A stretch of DNA of 64,000 nucleotides from Ancylonema sp. (lineage: Eukaryota), in the NCBI GenBank assembly GCA_050230475.1, contig JBFLGF010000126.1:1-64000 (forward strand), read 5' to 3'. Every line of letters starts with the position of its first letter. Position 1 is the stretch's first letter. The position numbers and the translations under genes were made by a program. Under the pieces are notes generated by a model that was given only the letters and a program-made list of their open reading frames with translations, was not told the origin of the DNA and made no database searches. Shown here one piece after another: positions 1-12,600 of the stretch.

Positions 1-932
1 GTTTAAGCGCAATCTGAGTTGAGTTGAGTTTTGAGTCTGAGTTGAGCAATTATCAAGAGTAAGGGTAGTGTTGAGTGGACGTCGTAATGGCGTCCACAAA
101 AGTGACCCCCCCCTGCGAGATTCTATGATCTCGAGGCCCCCAGGCTGGTTGTAAGCCCTAAGCCTGGTTGGCATGCAAGCGCGCACCCAGCCAGCGTTCT
201 ACTACCTATAGTGTGCCCCAATCGAGTTGCGCCATGATGTGACGTGACCATTGACGTTGCGTGGACCCGGCCTCATCCCGAATATCAGCCTTTTTATCAC
301 CACATCTTGCCCCTCCCACACGCCGTCCCGCGTGTGATAAACGTGCTCCTCCGTCGTTCACCTTCATTAAATGTTGAGGCGTTGTTGCTGAAGTAGGATT
401 GAAGGATGTGGTTCAAAGGGGGTGAAGGTGGAAGGTAGGTATTGAGGGGGGTGCCACCCTCCACCTCATATCCTAGCCAGTAGGAGGGGGGGTTGAGAGT
501 GGAAGGGTCGAGCTCCACCTCTGTAGCCATCCGCTCTTTGCTCTCGATAGGTTGCATCCTTGCAGCTATAGTTGAAACCCCTGTTACTCCCTTCGCAGGT
601 GCCAGCTCCGCTACTAGGACCTAAACGTGGAGTTTTTTCCTTCCCTGCGCTCATGCAAGGTTTGTTGCGAAGTTTCGCGTTTGGAGGGGTTGTAGAGAAG
701 GGATGCGTGCTACCGCTGCAACCAATTGTTGCTCTGCTTTCTTTCGCCTTTTTTTTTTTTTGCATCAACAGTTGTTGCCCTTTTTGGTGCTTGAGCCGCT
801 GCCTGCTTTGCATGTCAGTGAGTCCCTTTGCACCTCCCCAAAGGCACCTTGGTTTTGTCTCTACTCCCGCGCCTCTGTCCTCAGCGCCTTTGCTGCAGCG
901 CTCTGCGTCCACAACGCCTACTTGAAGGTGAT

Positions 933-1524
933 TGTCAGGACCACTCCTCGTAGGCACTAGTGCTTCTCCAGTGAGTGCTCCTATCCCGCACTAGTGTTGT
1001 AAGGATGCTTGAATTGGTAGGGAATAGACAAGCACAAAACACAAGCACTAGATGGGAAATGATGATAGTGAATGTGTAGTGATTACATGAGTTGTTAGGA
1101 ACGGCCATAAGGTCGTTCCTATGTGCTACATATAGGTAGTGAAAGTGAAGACTAGGCAACACTCATATGGGAGAAAACTAGCACTCTCGATATAGAGAGA
1201 GAACACTAGATATAACAACACTAGTCTAGAAGCACACTAGTGCGGGGTAGGAGCACTCACTAGAGAAGCACTAGTGAGTGGTCCCAACAAGTGTGCTTTT
1301 AGCCTAGTGTGCTTCTAGCCTAGTGTGCTTATATTGAGTGCTACTAGTTCTCCCACATGAGTGTTCTTTTAGTTCACTTTCGTTTTCCCTTTATATAGCA
1401 AATAGGAACGACCTTATGGCCGTTCCTAATAACTCATATAATCATCCTACACATAGTACTACCTTCTCCCATTTAGTGATTGTGTTGATGCTTGTCTATC
1501 TCTATCACATCAAGCATCCTTACA
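933..1524 (+). mobile_element. Solo LTR (outer), interrupted by a nested same-family solo LTR
   Basis: Starts TGTCAGGAC (933) and ends ATCCTTACA (1524). Flanked by identical 5-bp TSD GTGAT (928-932, 1525-1529). About 300 bp once the nested copy is removed. Confidence 0.85.
998..1289 (-). mobile_element. Solo LTR (inner, inverted orientation) nested in the outer LTR
   Basis: TGTAAGGAT...GTCCCAACA, reverse-complement similar to the outer element (same HRNDLMAVPNNS-type pseudo-ORF on opposite strands). TSD AGTGT at 993-997 and 1290-1294. Confidence 0.85.
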
Positions 1525-3033
1525 GTGATCGTGAGTGCTTTAGGTTCTCTCCAACGTGCATGATAGCCACCAGCGTGTGCAACCACGCCTCCACATCTTC
1601 CCCCAAAGGTGATTTAGGGAATGGGGTTGAAGGAGGGTTAGGTATTATGGCGGTTTCCCCCTTCACCTCATCTCATAGCTAGGAGGATGTTGGGTTCAGA
1701 GTAGGAGGGTTCCTCCCCACCGCTACTGCCGGCCTTTGCGGCGCGTCCTCGCGCTGGGTTGCATCCTCCACAACCACCTTTGTAGCTTGTTTGGCTCCTT
1801 GGGCTCTTGTCATATCTGCTATGAGGTCACGCTCTTGGAGGGCTGCGACTTGGAGAGAAGAGTCGTGTGTTCCCGCTGTAACCGGCCGCTGAATTGCGTC
1901 TTTTTGCCAGAGTACATCTACTACAGCCACCGTTCTTGCCTCGTTTTTATGCCTGCTCTGCTGCGAGGTCTGCCGCAAGTCTTGCGTTTGGACTTGGAGG
2001 GTTGTAAGTATGCTGGGTCCAAAGTTATCATCTAGGACTCCATCATCCGTAGACGCCATTGTTTCCAACAACTCCTCTAGGATGCTGACCAGCCCCACAA
2101 AGCGACGTCTCCACGCCTCCATAATCCCTATAATTATTGCCCATGCTCCATTAAGATCAACAATGCAACATCCTGCGCCTTGTCGTTACTTCAAACAAGT
2201 ACTATGAGCTCATACTGACAACACAACTCCTAACGTTGTTGTTGTTGCTGTATTTAGCCAATTGTATGGGAGACGTATGTGGACCTACAGCTGATACATA
2301 ACATGTTGCTGACAGTGTCCTCCAAGGTTCGCGTCTGCTTCATCCGCTGCCTTGGCTGCTTGTAACGCTTTGATCACCTCACCGGCTGGGGTACGAATAA
2401 CTAAATCGGTTGAGAGAGAAGTGCCGCGTCCGCAACCACCACCTCCGGAACATGGGGCACATAATTTAGCATGGCGCACGCCGGGTGGACTCGTCCTTCT
2501 TCCTTAGATGAGGCGTGTTCTCCAACCATCTAAGCGAGGTTCGGTCCCTGTGCCTCGCCGGCGTGCAGGTATGCACCCAAATAACGCATAGTGGTGCCGT
2601 CTAGTGCTTGTCCAAGCCGGATGGCGCGCCGCACCTGAGTGATGCAGGCGCTCCAGTATCTCCTCGATGTAAACCACGCAAGCACCCCTACTCCTTTGCA
2701 TCAAGTTCATCCCACCGGTCGGCGATGATATTGAAGACCTTTCCTTTACCGGGCTGCCCATACTTCTCAAGACGGAAGGCGTTGTTGTGTAGGTAGGATA
2801 CCATTGTTGGCATGCACACCCGAGCCCACCCAAATTGGTTATGAGCAACAAAGGAAACATGACATGTGTGACCAACTTGGTGATAAGAAATGAGAAACGC
2901 ATCCACCGGAGGGGAAGGAGGAAGGAGCTTAGGTAAGGCTGCCCGAAGAGTGGCGGGTGCCAGTATATTGGTCCAAAAAGTCGCACACGATGCGCTGCCG
3001 CTGCAAATTTGCGGCATCCACAAAGACAGGTGC

Positions 3034-3426
3034 TGTTAGGACCACTCTCTATAGTCACTAGTGTTCCCCTAGTTCGTGTCCCTAACTCGCACTTGTGTGC
3101 TTCTAGCCTAGAAGTTCAGTTGTGCCTCCAGCGTGTCAACTCCATATAATCCGCACTTGTGTGCCTCTAGACTATAGTTCAGTTGTGCTTCTAGCATGAT
3201 TATACTAGTTTGTCTTTAGTGCCATGCTAGTTATCCCATACGAGTGTTTTCATGCTCATCTTTCCTTTTAGTACTGATATGTGTCAGAAGCTCTATTACA
3301 CTCGCTTCTAACAATTCATGTATTTTGCATATCATTTAGTGCTTTTCCCTTCTTTGAGTGCTTTGTCATATGTGTGAATTTGCTTGCTCTAAAGCTATGA
3401 CGCTTTCTATATTTCGCGTCCTAACA
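3034..3426 (+). mobile_element. Solo LTR, related family (393 bp)
   Basis: TGTTAGGAC...GTCCTAACA perfect 9-bp terminal inverted repeat. TSD GGTGC at 3029-3033 and 3427-3431. The 5' end TGTTAGGACCACTC matches the 933 and 998 elements. Confidence 0.85.
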
Positions 3427-5198
3427 GGTGCGCCAAAAAATACTTGCGCCAGCTCCCCGGCCTTGGCAACCGCAAGCGTGGAGTTTTCTCCCGGATAAGT
3501 ATTCTACATGATGTAGATCAGCGGTGCCGTTTGTTTGCGTTGGAAAAATTGACAATACGGACCATATCGTAGGAAAACATAAAGCGGGGAAACATAGCAC
3601 CGCGCCGGTGGCCCGCCCGACTCACAAGCACTTCCAACTTGCTCCCAGTAATTCGACCGGACCGTGTCGTACGACAAGGTCGGAGAGAAATAGGATGCTC
3701 ACGTGAGACACCAGTTGTGGGAGGCGCCTATCGAAGGCGCGCGTTGCTGAGTCTTGAAGTTGTGTCGGGTACTAGCGTTAGAGTTTTGTGAGCACCTTCT
3801 TTGCGATACATCGGGTGGTTTCATCCCTATCGACATAGGTGTAATGGCGCACCGCACACCCTGCTGAAAGGGCGGTCCGAAGGACTCCCAACCCCACGCC
3901 ACCAAACAATTCCGGAACGTGTAAACCATATTTATTTATTTATTGAAGTGTAAGTTGCTCGATCAATTTGTTGATGGGTACTCCACCATTGACATCTTCT
4001 CCTATCCATTTTGATGAGGGGAGTAAGGTTGGAAGGGCAAGAGGGCCTAAGGCCGCCAACTTGGCAACGGCATTCTCCCCGCGTGCCAAGTCGTGGGCCC
4101 TCACCTCCTTACTTAACCTTACTTGTTCGGTGTCGTCACAAGCCTGTGATAAAAGTTGGAGTCGAAATTCATTCAATTGGTGTGGCGATGAATGAAAACT
4201 GTGGTCATCTCCGAATAGGACGATGTCATCATCCGCTCCCTAAACGTCTTGCAGCTCCGCTTCATTGCTGATAAGTCCGCCAAAACAAGCGTAGGCGAGA
4301 AGAGGGGGAGACGCCTCGTGACATGGCGCAGAGATTTCGAAGCTCTGGGTTAGTCCGTCCGGACCCACCCTCCTGTACTTCAACATCTCAGAGAAGGTGT
4401 CATACGCGCCCCCCATCGCTAGTACAAAGTCCATGCCCAATAAAACGCCGTACGCTGTTGTGTCAACTACTGTTGTGTCTTTGTGCCTATAATGTGGTGT
4501 GCTAGCGCCTATAACGCGACTGTGCCTAGAACGAGTATGCCTATAACGAGTATTTACTGAACTCTAATCACGTGATAGAGCAATCATGTCCTTGTCATGG
4601 CCAAGGAATGCTGTCGTCCGTGGCAGTCACACGTAGTACCGGTAATTGGCCAGAAAGGTCAAATATCATCATATTATGAACGAAGCTGGTCACCTATATT
4701 TTCTGTACTTTCACTACCGTGGGCGACATCTGACCATTCTATTACCAGCCGTAGAACACCGTGGGATGACTGCATCTTGCGGACGAAAATCCGACTCGCC
4801 ATCATGGAATACCTCGCTGGATCTCTCATCGACCGTCCATTTTTAAAGAAAAACGACAAACGAGATTGTGCGCCAGAAGAGAAGACCGATATCCGGCGCG
4901 CGGAAAAGGTTCGCAGAATCTCGCAGAAAAGACATTCCGGCCGACAGGTTACCGACATAAGAACTAGAAAATATATTCAAATGTTGCTAAGTACGAAGCC
5001 GACACGAGCGGAAATGAAAAGCGAGTGTCGAAAAAGTAAAATAAGGTACTGCGAGACGGTCATATCTACTATTCCCTCTTTCTCGGAATCGTCTGATGAA
5101 GACAAAAGATTTGTTGAAGATTAAGCTCAATTGGAGACTGACTGCACTCTGAGTCGGGATAGGCAATTGGGTGTGTTCTGCAGAGTAATTTGCTAATC

Positions 5199-8100
5199 AT
5201 GGGATCGGTGAGTCCAGCTCAGACTCCCAGCACCATTGCATTTGTAAATACGGATGTGACCGGAGTGCGGCAAGAGTATTTGTTTAAGCCTCCCAGTTGC
5301 ATCGTTGAGTGGCTTTTGTCTCAGCTGAAGGATGAACGGGATGCGCCGATGGTGTATCTCCTCTTCAACATTTGCACCATCTCTTTTCCATTAGCTCTTT
5401 GCCTCTACCTTGTGCCAAACGTACCACATTGGGCGGGATTCGTCGTTCTGGTTCTCAACATTGTGCTGTTCATGGAGCGCTTCATATTGTGCTTGCATTA
5501 CAGCGAGCATGTGCAGGTACCGGATGAAAAGTGAAGTATGCCAGCGACGCTTCTTCATTTTTAATGCTGTAATCTCCGTAATTGTCACTCTGCTCATCTG
5601 ACTGAACTTGTTCGTTCTGCTATCTAAACTGCCTGTTTGTTGTAACAGATCTTCAAAGACACACACACCGGGTCCTTTCTATCGATGCTCTGTCCCTGGG
5701 TCCTCGTGAATCTGTTTGGCATACCTCCAGGCGTCTACCGCCTGCACCACCTTGTCATGCACCACTGTGTAAGTTGGGCGAACAACTGGGCCTTTCACTC
5801 TGTCGAAGATCGACTCCCTGTTTACGAATCCCCCAGACATTGCGACACACACATATTTAGCAGTGTAGTTGTGAGACTGTGAAGTCATTTGTTGCGGTTT
5901 ATGGTGGAGTTTTGATTGAAGAAATGACGAGTATTCTCGACAATGGGTGGTCTCTGTGCAGGAAAATAATCTTTGGAGCTGGGATGCGTCTTCCACAGAG
6001 CGTTATCAGCGGGACAACATACTTCACTTTCACTGGTGCAAATGCGGAACTCTATTGCCATGTTTTATGTTGAACTTTAATCCCATGCAGCATGTACCAC
6101 TGCACGGCAGATACGTCATCCATAACGCGGAGAGATGCATTATGCCTTCTTTGATTGCTCTGCAGCTACTGGCTGAGATTCTTGTTCGCGATTGTTGTGG
6201 AGCTACCGCTGTATGCAATCTCTCGGAAGCGCTATGGACTTGCGGCTCAAGCGTTTGCTGTCGGCATCTTGGAGTAGTAAGCTTCTCAGGAGGAAACACT
6301 ATGCTGTCTGCAGGTTCTCTCAGCCTCTATGGCCTTCACATTCACAAAACCATTTCGTCTCGAAATCCTCATGCCCTCTGCCTTCTTATGCGCTGTGTTG
6401 TTTCCAAGCCTCTTACACCTCAGATTCTCTATACGTGTCCTTGCAGTGTAATCGTTCGTCAGCTATGGGCACTTTCCCCTGTGGCAACACTATGGGTAGA
6501 CTCTTGCCGCCTTGGCTGATGCAAGAATGCATTTACCACAGCCTTATTTTCTCTGCAATTGCCATCTATGATGCATGATCTTGTATGCTTTACCTTTCAA
6601 TTCCACCCCGTGTGTTTCAAGGCTGAGTGTGTTGTGCCCCTCTTGTTTTGGGCAGGTCGTGACTGTGCCGCTCATTTTTACCTCCTTTGCTCTCATGTTC
6701 GGAAACTGGAGCCAGCATATGTTTGTGGACCCGCTGCGTTCCAGAAACAATTTTGCCTTGACGTGAGTGAAACGAGACTTGTCGGCAATGGTTTTGGTAG
6801 CTAAGTGGAAGTGATCATTCAAAAGCTGTCATTGCTGCTGCCGATCCCATTTTTCAATGTACAGGATAGCTTCTGTTCTCAGTTGTTCTGACGAAGACCG
6901 ATGCACATCTCTTTAACACCATTTTCTGATTGTTATGGCTTGTGCCTTGGCAGGTACAACCTGGTGAACACGGAAGTGAACATGAAAACTTTCAATGACG
7001 GTTACCACATTATCCACCACAGCAACAGCAAATTGCACTGGTATAGTCCTTCGCCCGGCCTGATGGGCCGATTCGATACAAGAATGCTGGGCATGAAAGG
7101 AAGACGAAGGGATCTGATCCGTCCAAATCCAGATGCGAGATGATAGATAAATGATGTCCACACGTTCTTACCACCGTTTTCGAGAATGAACTCGAATATG
7201 ACACTGATGCGCCATGACTTCTGCAATTGCTTTCATAGTGTCATATGGCTGCAGCACACAGACCTCAGTACGTTAGAGTAACTTACCATACAGATTACAG
7301 ATTACAGATTACAGATTACAGATTACAGATTACAGATTACAGATTACAGATTACAGATTACAGATTACAGATTACAGATTACAGATTACAGATTACAGAT
7401 TACAGATTACAGATTACAGATTACAGATTACAGATTACAGATTACAGATTACAGATTACAGATTACAGATTACAGATTACAGATTACAGATTACAGATTA
7501 CAGATTACAGATTTGTTATTTTTCAAGCATTCGATGTGGTGTGCATATGGTATCATCCTTTGTATGCAGCTCTCATGTGCTTATGTATGTCCGAGTTTGA
7601 TTCTGTTGAAAAAACGAGGGTAGGAGAAAAGTGATGTAAGCAAAGACACGATGCCTAACTCAAGTCTCTTTATCTCTCTATATCTCTCAATTAATCCGAT
7701 AGCACTGTGGAGTCCCTGTCTGCCATCTACTCAATGCAGGTCGGAGCTACCAAATGCATTCATGACTTCCCTTGACAGGCATGCAAAGGAAGATGCTCTC
7801 ATTTTCGAGGTAAGCTCCTGGTAGAGGTTGGAGGGGTCATGATCACGGAGTTTACCAATAGCTGCATTTCGCCTAGTGTTGAAGAAGAAATCATCCAAGA
7901 AAGAGTGGCTTGCAATCAAATTGGGAGTTTGGAGGAGTGTGAGGTAGCATACCAGAGAAGCACATCGGAACAGACAGTAGGCTCCAGCCCTGATCCACAT
8001 TCAGCATTCTCTGATCAACTTCCATGTTTATGCATCACATGTGTGTGCAAGACATATCATAAGCTTGCCTGTCAACCTGAGCGCACATCTTGTAGCCTCG

Positions 8101-8643
8101 AGTCTCTGTTCCGTTCACAGCAGTGATGGGGGGACGAATTCAATGGCCCTCCTGTGCAGGGCCTCTCTTTCTTTGATGTCGGGATCTATGTACTTACTGG
8201 ACAGCTGGGAGCTCTTGCAGATAGGTATGACTTTTTACATTTTTACATTTCCGAGTCGCCTTTGAATCCTGGCTGCGTCATTTCATTATCTGATTCGTCC
8301 TGGCTGCCGAATCGGTTGACTCATCTGCAGCGTCATGCATGCAAAGAGAAACAAGACCCGAAAAATGAGACTTTTTCAGTGTGTAGATGTAATGAATATC
8401 ATCGCCAGTGGCAGCTGAAGCGACATCCATTTTATGTCGAGTCAGCTGTGTGGTGTTGCCCACAAATCCTTGATCCTTTTCAGCGACAGATGATGAAATC
8501 ATTGCACCTGTCTGTTGTCTACCCTCAGATATGTCAATATTGGGCAGCCCAAGAGGAGCAAGGAAGAGTTGGTTGCCGTTCTTCGATCGCGTCTTGTGCC
8601 TGTTCCAGCCCTTGCAGCGAAGCAGCTGAAGAAGGAAAATTGA
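5199..8643 (+). CDS. Membrane fatty-acid desaturase-like (His-box) protein, multi-exon
   Basis: Spliced reading gives His boxes LHYSEH, YRLHHLVMHH and FNDGYHIIHH, plus FGNWSQHMFVD, with hydrophobic segments and GT-AG introns. Ends ...AKQLKKEN* at 8643. Start codon uncertain. Confidence 0.8.
7293..7509 (+). repeat. Perfect heptamer tandem array (GATTACA)x31, intronic
   Basis: Direct reading: 217 bp of uninterrupted GATTACA between desaturase exons (about 7049 and 7740). Confidence 0.97.
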
Positions 8644-10093
8644 CGTACCATAAACAAGGCCGGAGAGCTCTTCGTTTGGTCACTAAATTATGATATATTT
8701 CATCTCTCAATCAGTCATGGCAAGATAGACTACATGCTAAAATTATGCACTTGACATTGTCAAGCTGACAGAAGTCAAACTTGCTATAAGGTAGTAACGT
8801 AATAGCCAATGTCCCGCACATCCTTATATCGAGAAGTTATGAACGCAGAAGTTAGCAGACCTTGAAACACATGTGCTCTGTGTGTCTGGATTTTTATGAG
8901 ACAGCAAGAGCCAACAATAACCAACGAGTAGAAACACATGTGGTGTTTGTCTATCGCACACCACGAAGATGATGAATCGAAGACAATATTACGACAAATA
9001 GGAGAAGGAAAGATGTTGTCCTTAAGTTATTCAAATTGACCGAATTTTAAATATATTTACATCTTCATTTGCTTTTTCGAATTATCGATGTGAAATCTGA
9101 TTCTTGTAATATATGTAGATTCAAATTTACACAAAAAGTAGATTTATGAGCCTCAACCGTTTCTATTTTTGCCTTTGCTTAGTCTCTAAGGGAGACTAAT
9201 CAACGTACAATGTGAGATGCGAAAACGACCGCGGAATATTTTGGTGCCATTTTGTCAGCACTTTTAATCGTTGCATATCTATTATGTAGGTGAGAGGCTA
9301 GTGAGGCTTGGATTCTTGAGTATCCTCACTCAACTAACACCACTTCGCCGTGCACATGCCAATTAAATTTCGCATGTACTTGTGTCTAAGAAATAAGGTG
9401 CTCTATGAATTGATAGCGAGGAAGTGAGTTGGACATGGGACGTAGATGCACTTTCTCGTGTAATCGACTCCAAAGACTTCCGATTAAAAACGGTTCCAAC
9501 CACGAACTTTGAAGTGGCACCACAAGAAATTATTCTCTACATCTCATACATCATAACCCAAAGGGCTTCCTTACCAATGAGTTGGGTTTGGTCATGTTAA
9601 AAAACGCTAAGCGTGATCTTGATACTCCCATCTACACTTTGCACAGACGGATTCTTTACTTGGATTCCTTGCGATATTTTCTCAATCACAAAAATTAAAG
9701 ACTAAACGAATGGGCTCCCCATCCGTCCACTCCTGGTCCCTCCACCTCTAGCTAGATGAGGAGCAACAAGAGGTGCACTATACATTGAGATAACGACAGC
9801 ATTACTAGCGAAAGTCAAGCGTGCACCTCCGTCTGCGCAACCACAACGAAGAAGAAGATATTGAGAAGAAGCTTCTTCGGGATGCAACGAACATACCACA
9901 GAAATGTCAAAATGGCTGCGAAACAACACTCCAGACTCCCACCAAAAAAACAAAATCCTATTGACAGCATCCCATAAACAGCATCCTATAAACTTCTCCA
10001 AGAATCCCAAAGGTTCAGCCCCCATTCCCCCGAAATGCCACCCGAAAAAGTGCCCCCCCTGCAGACGTATTCTGAATCAACAATCAGTACCTC

Positions 10094-12600
10094 TCAACCC
10101 ATCTCCACCTGCCTCCTCTTCTCCATTGCTTGCATCAACGACAGAGAGACCGTCACCTGTTCCCCTGCCTCCATCACTGTACCCATCTCCCTCGTCGAGG
10201 GGGGAGGTAACCTCTGCTGCTCCTCCTGCCCCCTCCCTTCCCCTCCCCCCTCCACCTCCCCCCCAGCCCCATCTTCCATCTCCCCTCCTCGATCCACTCC
10301 CTTCAATCACAAAAACGACACAAAACCGGCCATAAGATCCTCACCCTCATACCCATACCCATACCCGTAACCGTACCCGTGCCCATACCCGTATCTGTCC
10401 CTACCTGCCTCGGATACAGTGCCAGCTGCAGCTGGGCCACCACGTCCTTCATCCGCTCCCCCTGCACCAGTATCCCCTCCACCATATCCCGCCCAACCTG
10501 CACCCCATCCTCAACCCCCAGCTTCTGTCACCTCCAAATCCCAGCATCCCCCACCTCCCCCACCTCTGAGCGCCACCTCACCTCCCCCCTCTTGATTTGT
10601 GGCAGGAGTAGCTGCCCCAACGTTCTCAAGGCGGAGAGAGGGGCCTTCACCTCTTCCAGAAAGCCTTCCATCAGAATGCCTTTCTGCCACGAGTCTTGCT
10701 GCACCAAACTTGCTTTCTGCCGCCCCACAACCCCAGCCCCTGCCGCCCTCAGAAACCACCACCTCCACCCCCTCCTGATCCCCCACAAAGCTGACCTGGT
10801 CGAGCACGCATGCCAGTGCCAGGGACTGCGCCACTTTCGCCGCGTCAGCTTGCTCGCCTGGGCTGAACACGGATTCAGCAGCAGCCCCCCCCCCTCCCAA
10901 CCGGTTGGGGATGGGACCCATTACGGGATGGGACCCCGGGAGGCTGGGGTCGAGGTGGGATCGGGATTGGGATGAAGATGCGGCTTGTGGTTCAGGAGAG
11001 GGTGGGGGAGGGGGCCACACAGGTTTCTTCACTCGTATTTTGGGGGGCTTGATGATGTGCTGCGCCTGGAATCCCAACCCGCGGTACAAATGCAATCATT
11101 GGCGATGTGTACTTTCAAAGTACACCTGTGGACACCGACATCAGAATCGAGCGTAGCTTCAGGGTGGGCACCAGAGGCTTCCTCTGGGCAACTAGCAGCC
11201 CCACAACGAAGCTGCCCTTGGACAGGGGGAGGACGAGAGCCCCTCGCTCTGGTAGCTCCACTGCCTGTGGACCAGGAGGAGGAGGAGGGGGAGGAGGAGG
11301 AGGAGGAGGGGAGGAGACGCACGTATGTGTATCCCCCCGACATCGCAAACTTCATTTCATGAGTTTCCCGAGTTCACTCCATGTCAGCGTGGCCGTGTAG
11401 GAGTCCACAAGACCCAAAATGCACCGTGGCTGCTCACAGGTCAGTCACTCAGTCCCAACAAACACGGCTGACATGGCTGCTGGCATTGCATCGCTCCCAA
11501 GTTGGCATATCAAGGTGAGGGAGAAGACTAGTATCCCACGACTTCAATTGTTTGGCACATGTCACGTTCCGGATGATTGACATTGAGATATTAAAGGGAA
11601 TAAAAGGGATGGCTGTATGTGCTGCCGAACCTCGTGTGCTTGTTACCTCATGAGCTACGAGAGCCGTTTCTGCCGCCCTGCCAGCTGGCACCGCCTCCTC
11701 GTCTGACACCAACACAATGATGTCATCATCCCGCACCTGACATTCGCCATGCGGCCGACGTGCCACACACCGCAGTTCCAGTTGCCCTGTCGAGTAGCTT
11801 TCAGTGGTGCGTAAAAACACCTGAGCCCCAGAATAACCACTTTCACACATGCAAGAGAAGTATTTGAGATTCAGCATCCCAGCTATCTGGGAGGATCGCT
11901 AATCACATCGCTTCTTGAAAAACGACGAACGCGCGTAGGAGCGATGGGAGGTCATTTGTTATGAAGTGGACTTAGGGCTAGAGTGCCGCACCGTGAGCTC
12001 GATTTCTGGGTTAAGGATGCGGCTGCACAGCTCCAACTGCGCCTCGCACAAAGCGATGAAGTCTTCACTCGGAGCAGATAAGAGGCCAGCGGTAGGCGTT
12101 GACGTTTCACTTTCTCTCCGCATGACTTTCACAGCAGTTGCAGATGCGGCACCGAGGGCAGCGGCGATAGCGGAGCTTGCAGTTGACACCACATCGCTCA
12201 TGTCGTGCATGCCGCCCGGGCTCTCTTGAGGGTGATGGCCATTCCGGCTGCCATCAGGCAGGGGCTGAGGCGAAGAATGGTAACTGGAGGTTGAGGATGG
12301 TGGATTGAACGACTGTGAGGAAATGCTGTGGTAAGGGAACGTGGAGTGAGGAGTAAACGACAGACTGTATGGTGAACTGAAGTGAAGGTTTGAAGCGACT
12401 GGTATGATACTAGACGTGCTCGAGGGGAAACGAGGGGACCAATCTGAAAAGTTTGGTGGACGCAAATATTTTCCATCCACGGTTAAAAAAGGAGCGTGGG
12501 ATGGAGGGGCTTGAAGAGAGGCTAAGCCGCAGACATAAGCGTTAGCGGCCGCAATGTCGGTCCACGCATAAGCACGGCAGGAGGAGAATGGAAACGCCAT
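10094..12600 (-). CDS. CSK: Chloroplast sensor kinase (CSK/Hik2)-like protein: GAF-like sensor plus degenerate HisKA, no ATPase domain found
   Basis: Ser/Pro-rich transit-peptide-like N-terminus. Exons encode PSEDFIALCEAQLEL, VFLRTTESYSTGQLELRCV, ALVLPLSKGSFVVGLLVA, VAQSLALACVLDQ, LVQQDSWQKGILMEGFLEEVKAPLSALRTL and DMVEGILVQGERMKDVVAQLQ, matching plant CSK motifs in order. The last exon (10094-about 10300) is inferred. Confidence 0.8.

Larger units (their letters stand above)
297..4560 (-). mobile_element. Degenerate TE-like or coding relic(s) hosting the LTR insertions
   Basis: Run of broken minus-strand ORFs (466-957, 1679-2122, 2285-3058, 3940-4440) with no recognisable cellular protein. 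Repeated GCCTATAA-like motifs at 4485-4548. Family not identifiable by eye. Confidence 0.4.

Noticed and set aside
933..1289. MITE with long terminal inverted repeats
   Set aside because: The TSDs resolve it instead as two nested, oppositely oriented solo LTRs.
4597..5124. 175-aa ORF upstream of the desaturase
   Set aside because: No recognisable domain; could be UTR/promoter or an unassignable upstream exon.
7293..7509. Possible CRISPR-like array
   Set aside because: No spacers and no cas genes; eukaryotic context.
7245..7634. 129-aa ORF with (TDYRLQI)n repeats
   Set aside because: Translation of the intronic GATTACA array, with no independent coding evidence.
9702..10025. ORF ending ...GGGTRSG as the missing CSK C-terminus
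   Set aside because: Only a 4-5 residue resemblance; no N or G1 box and no convincing splice path.
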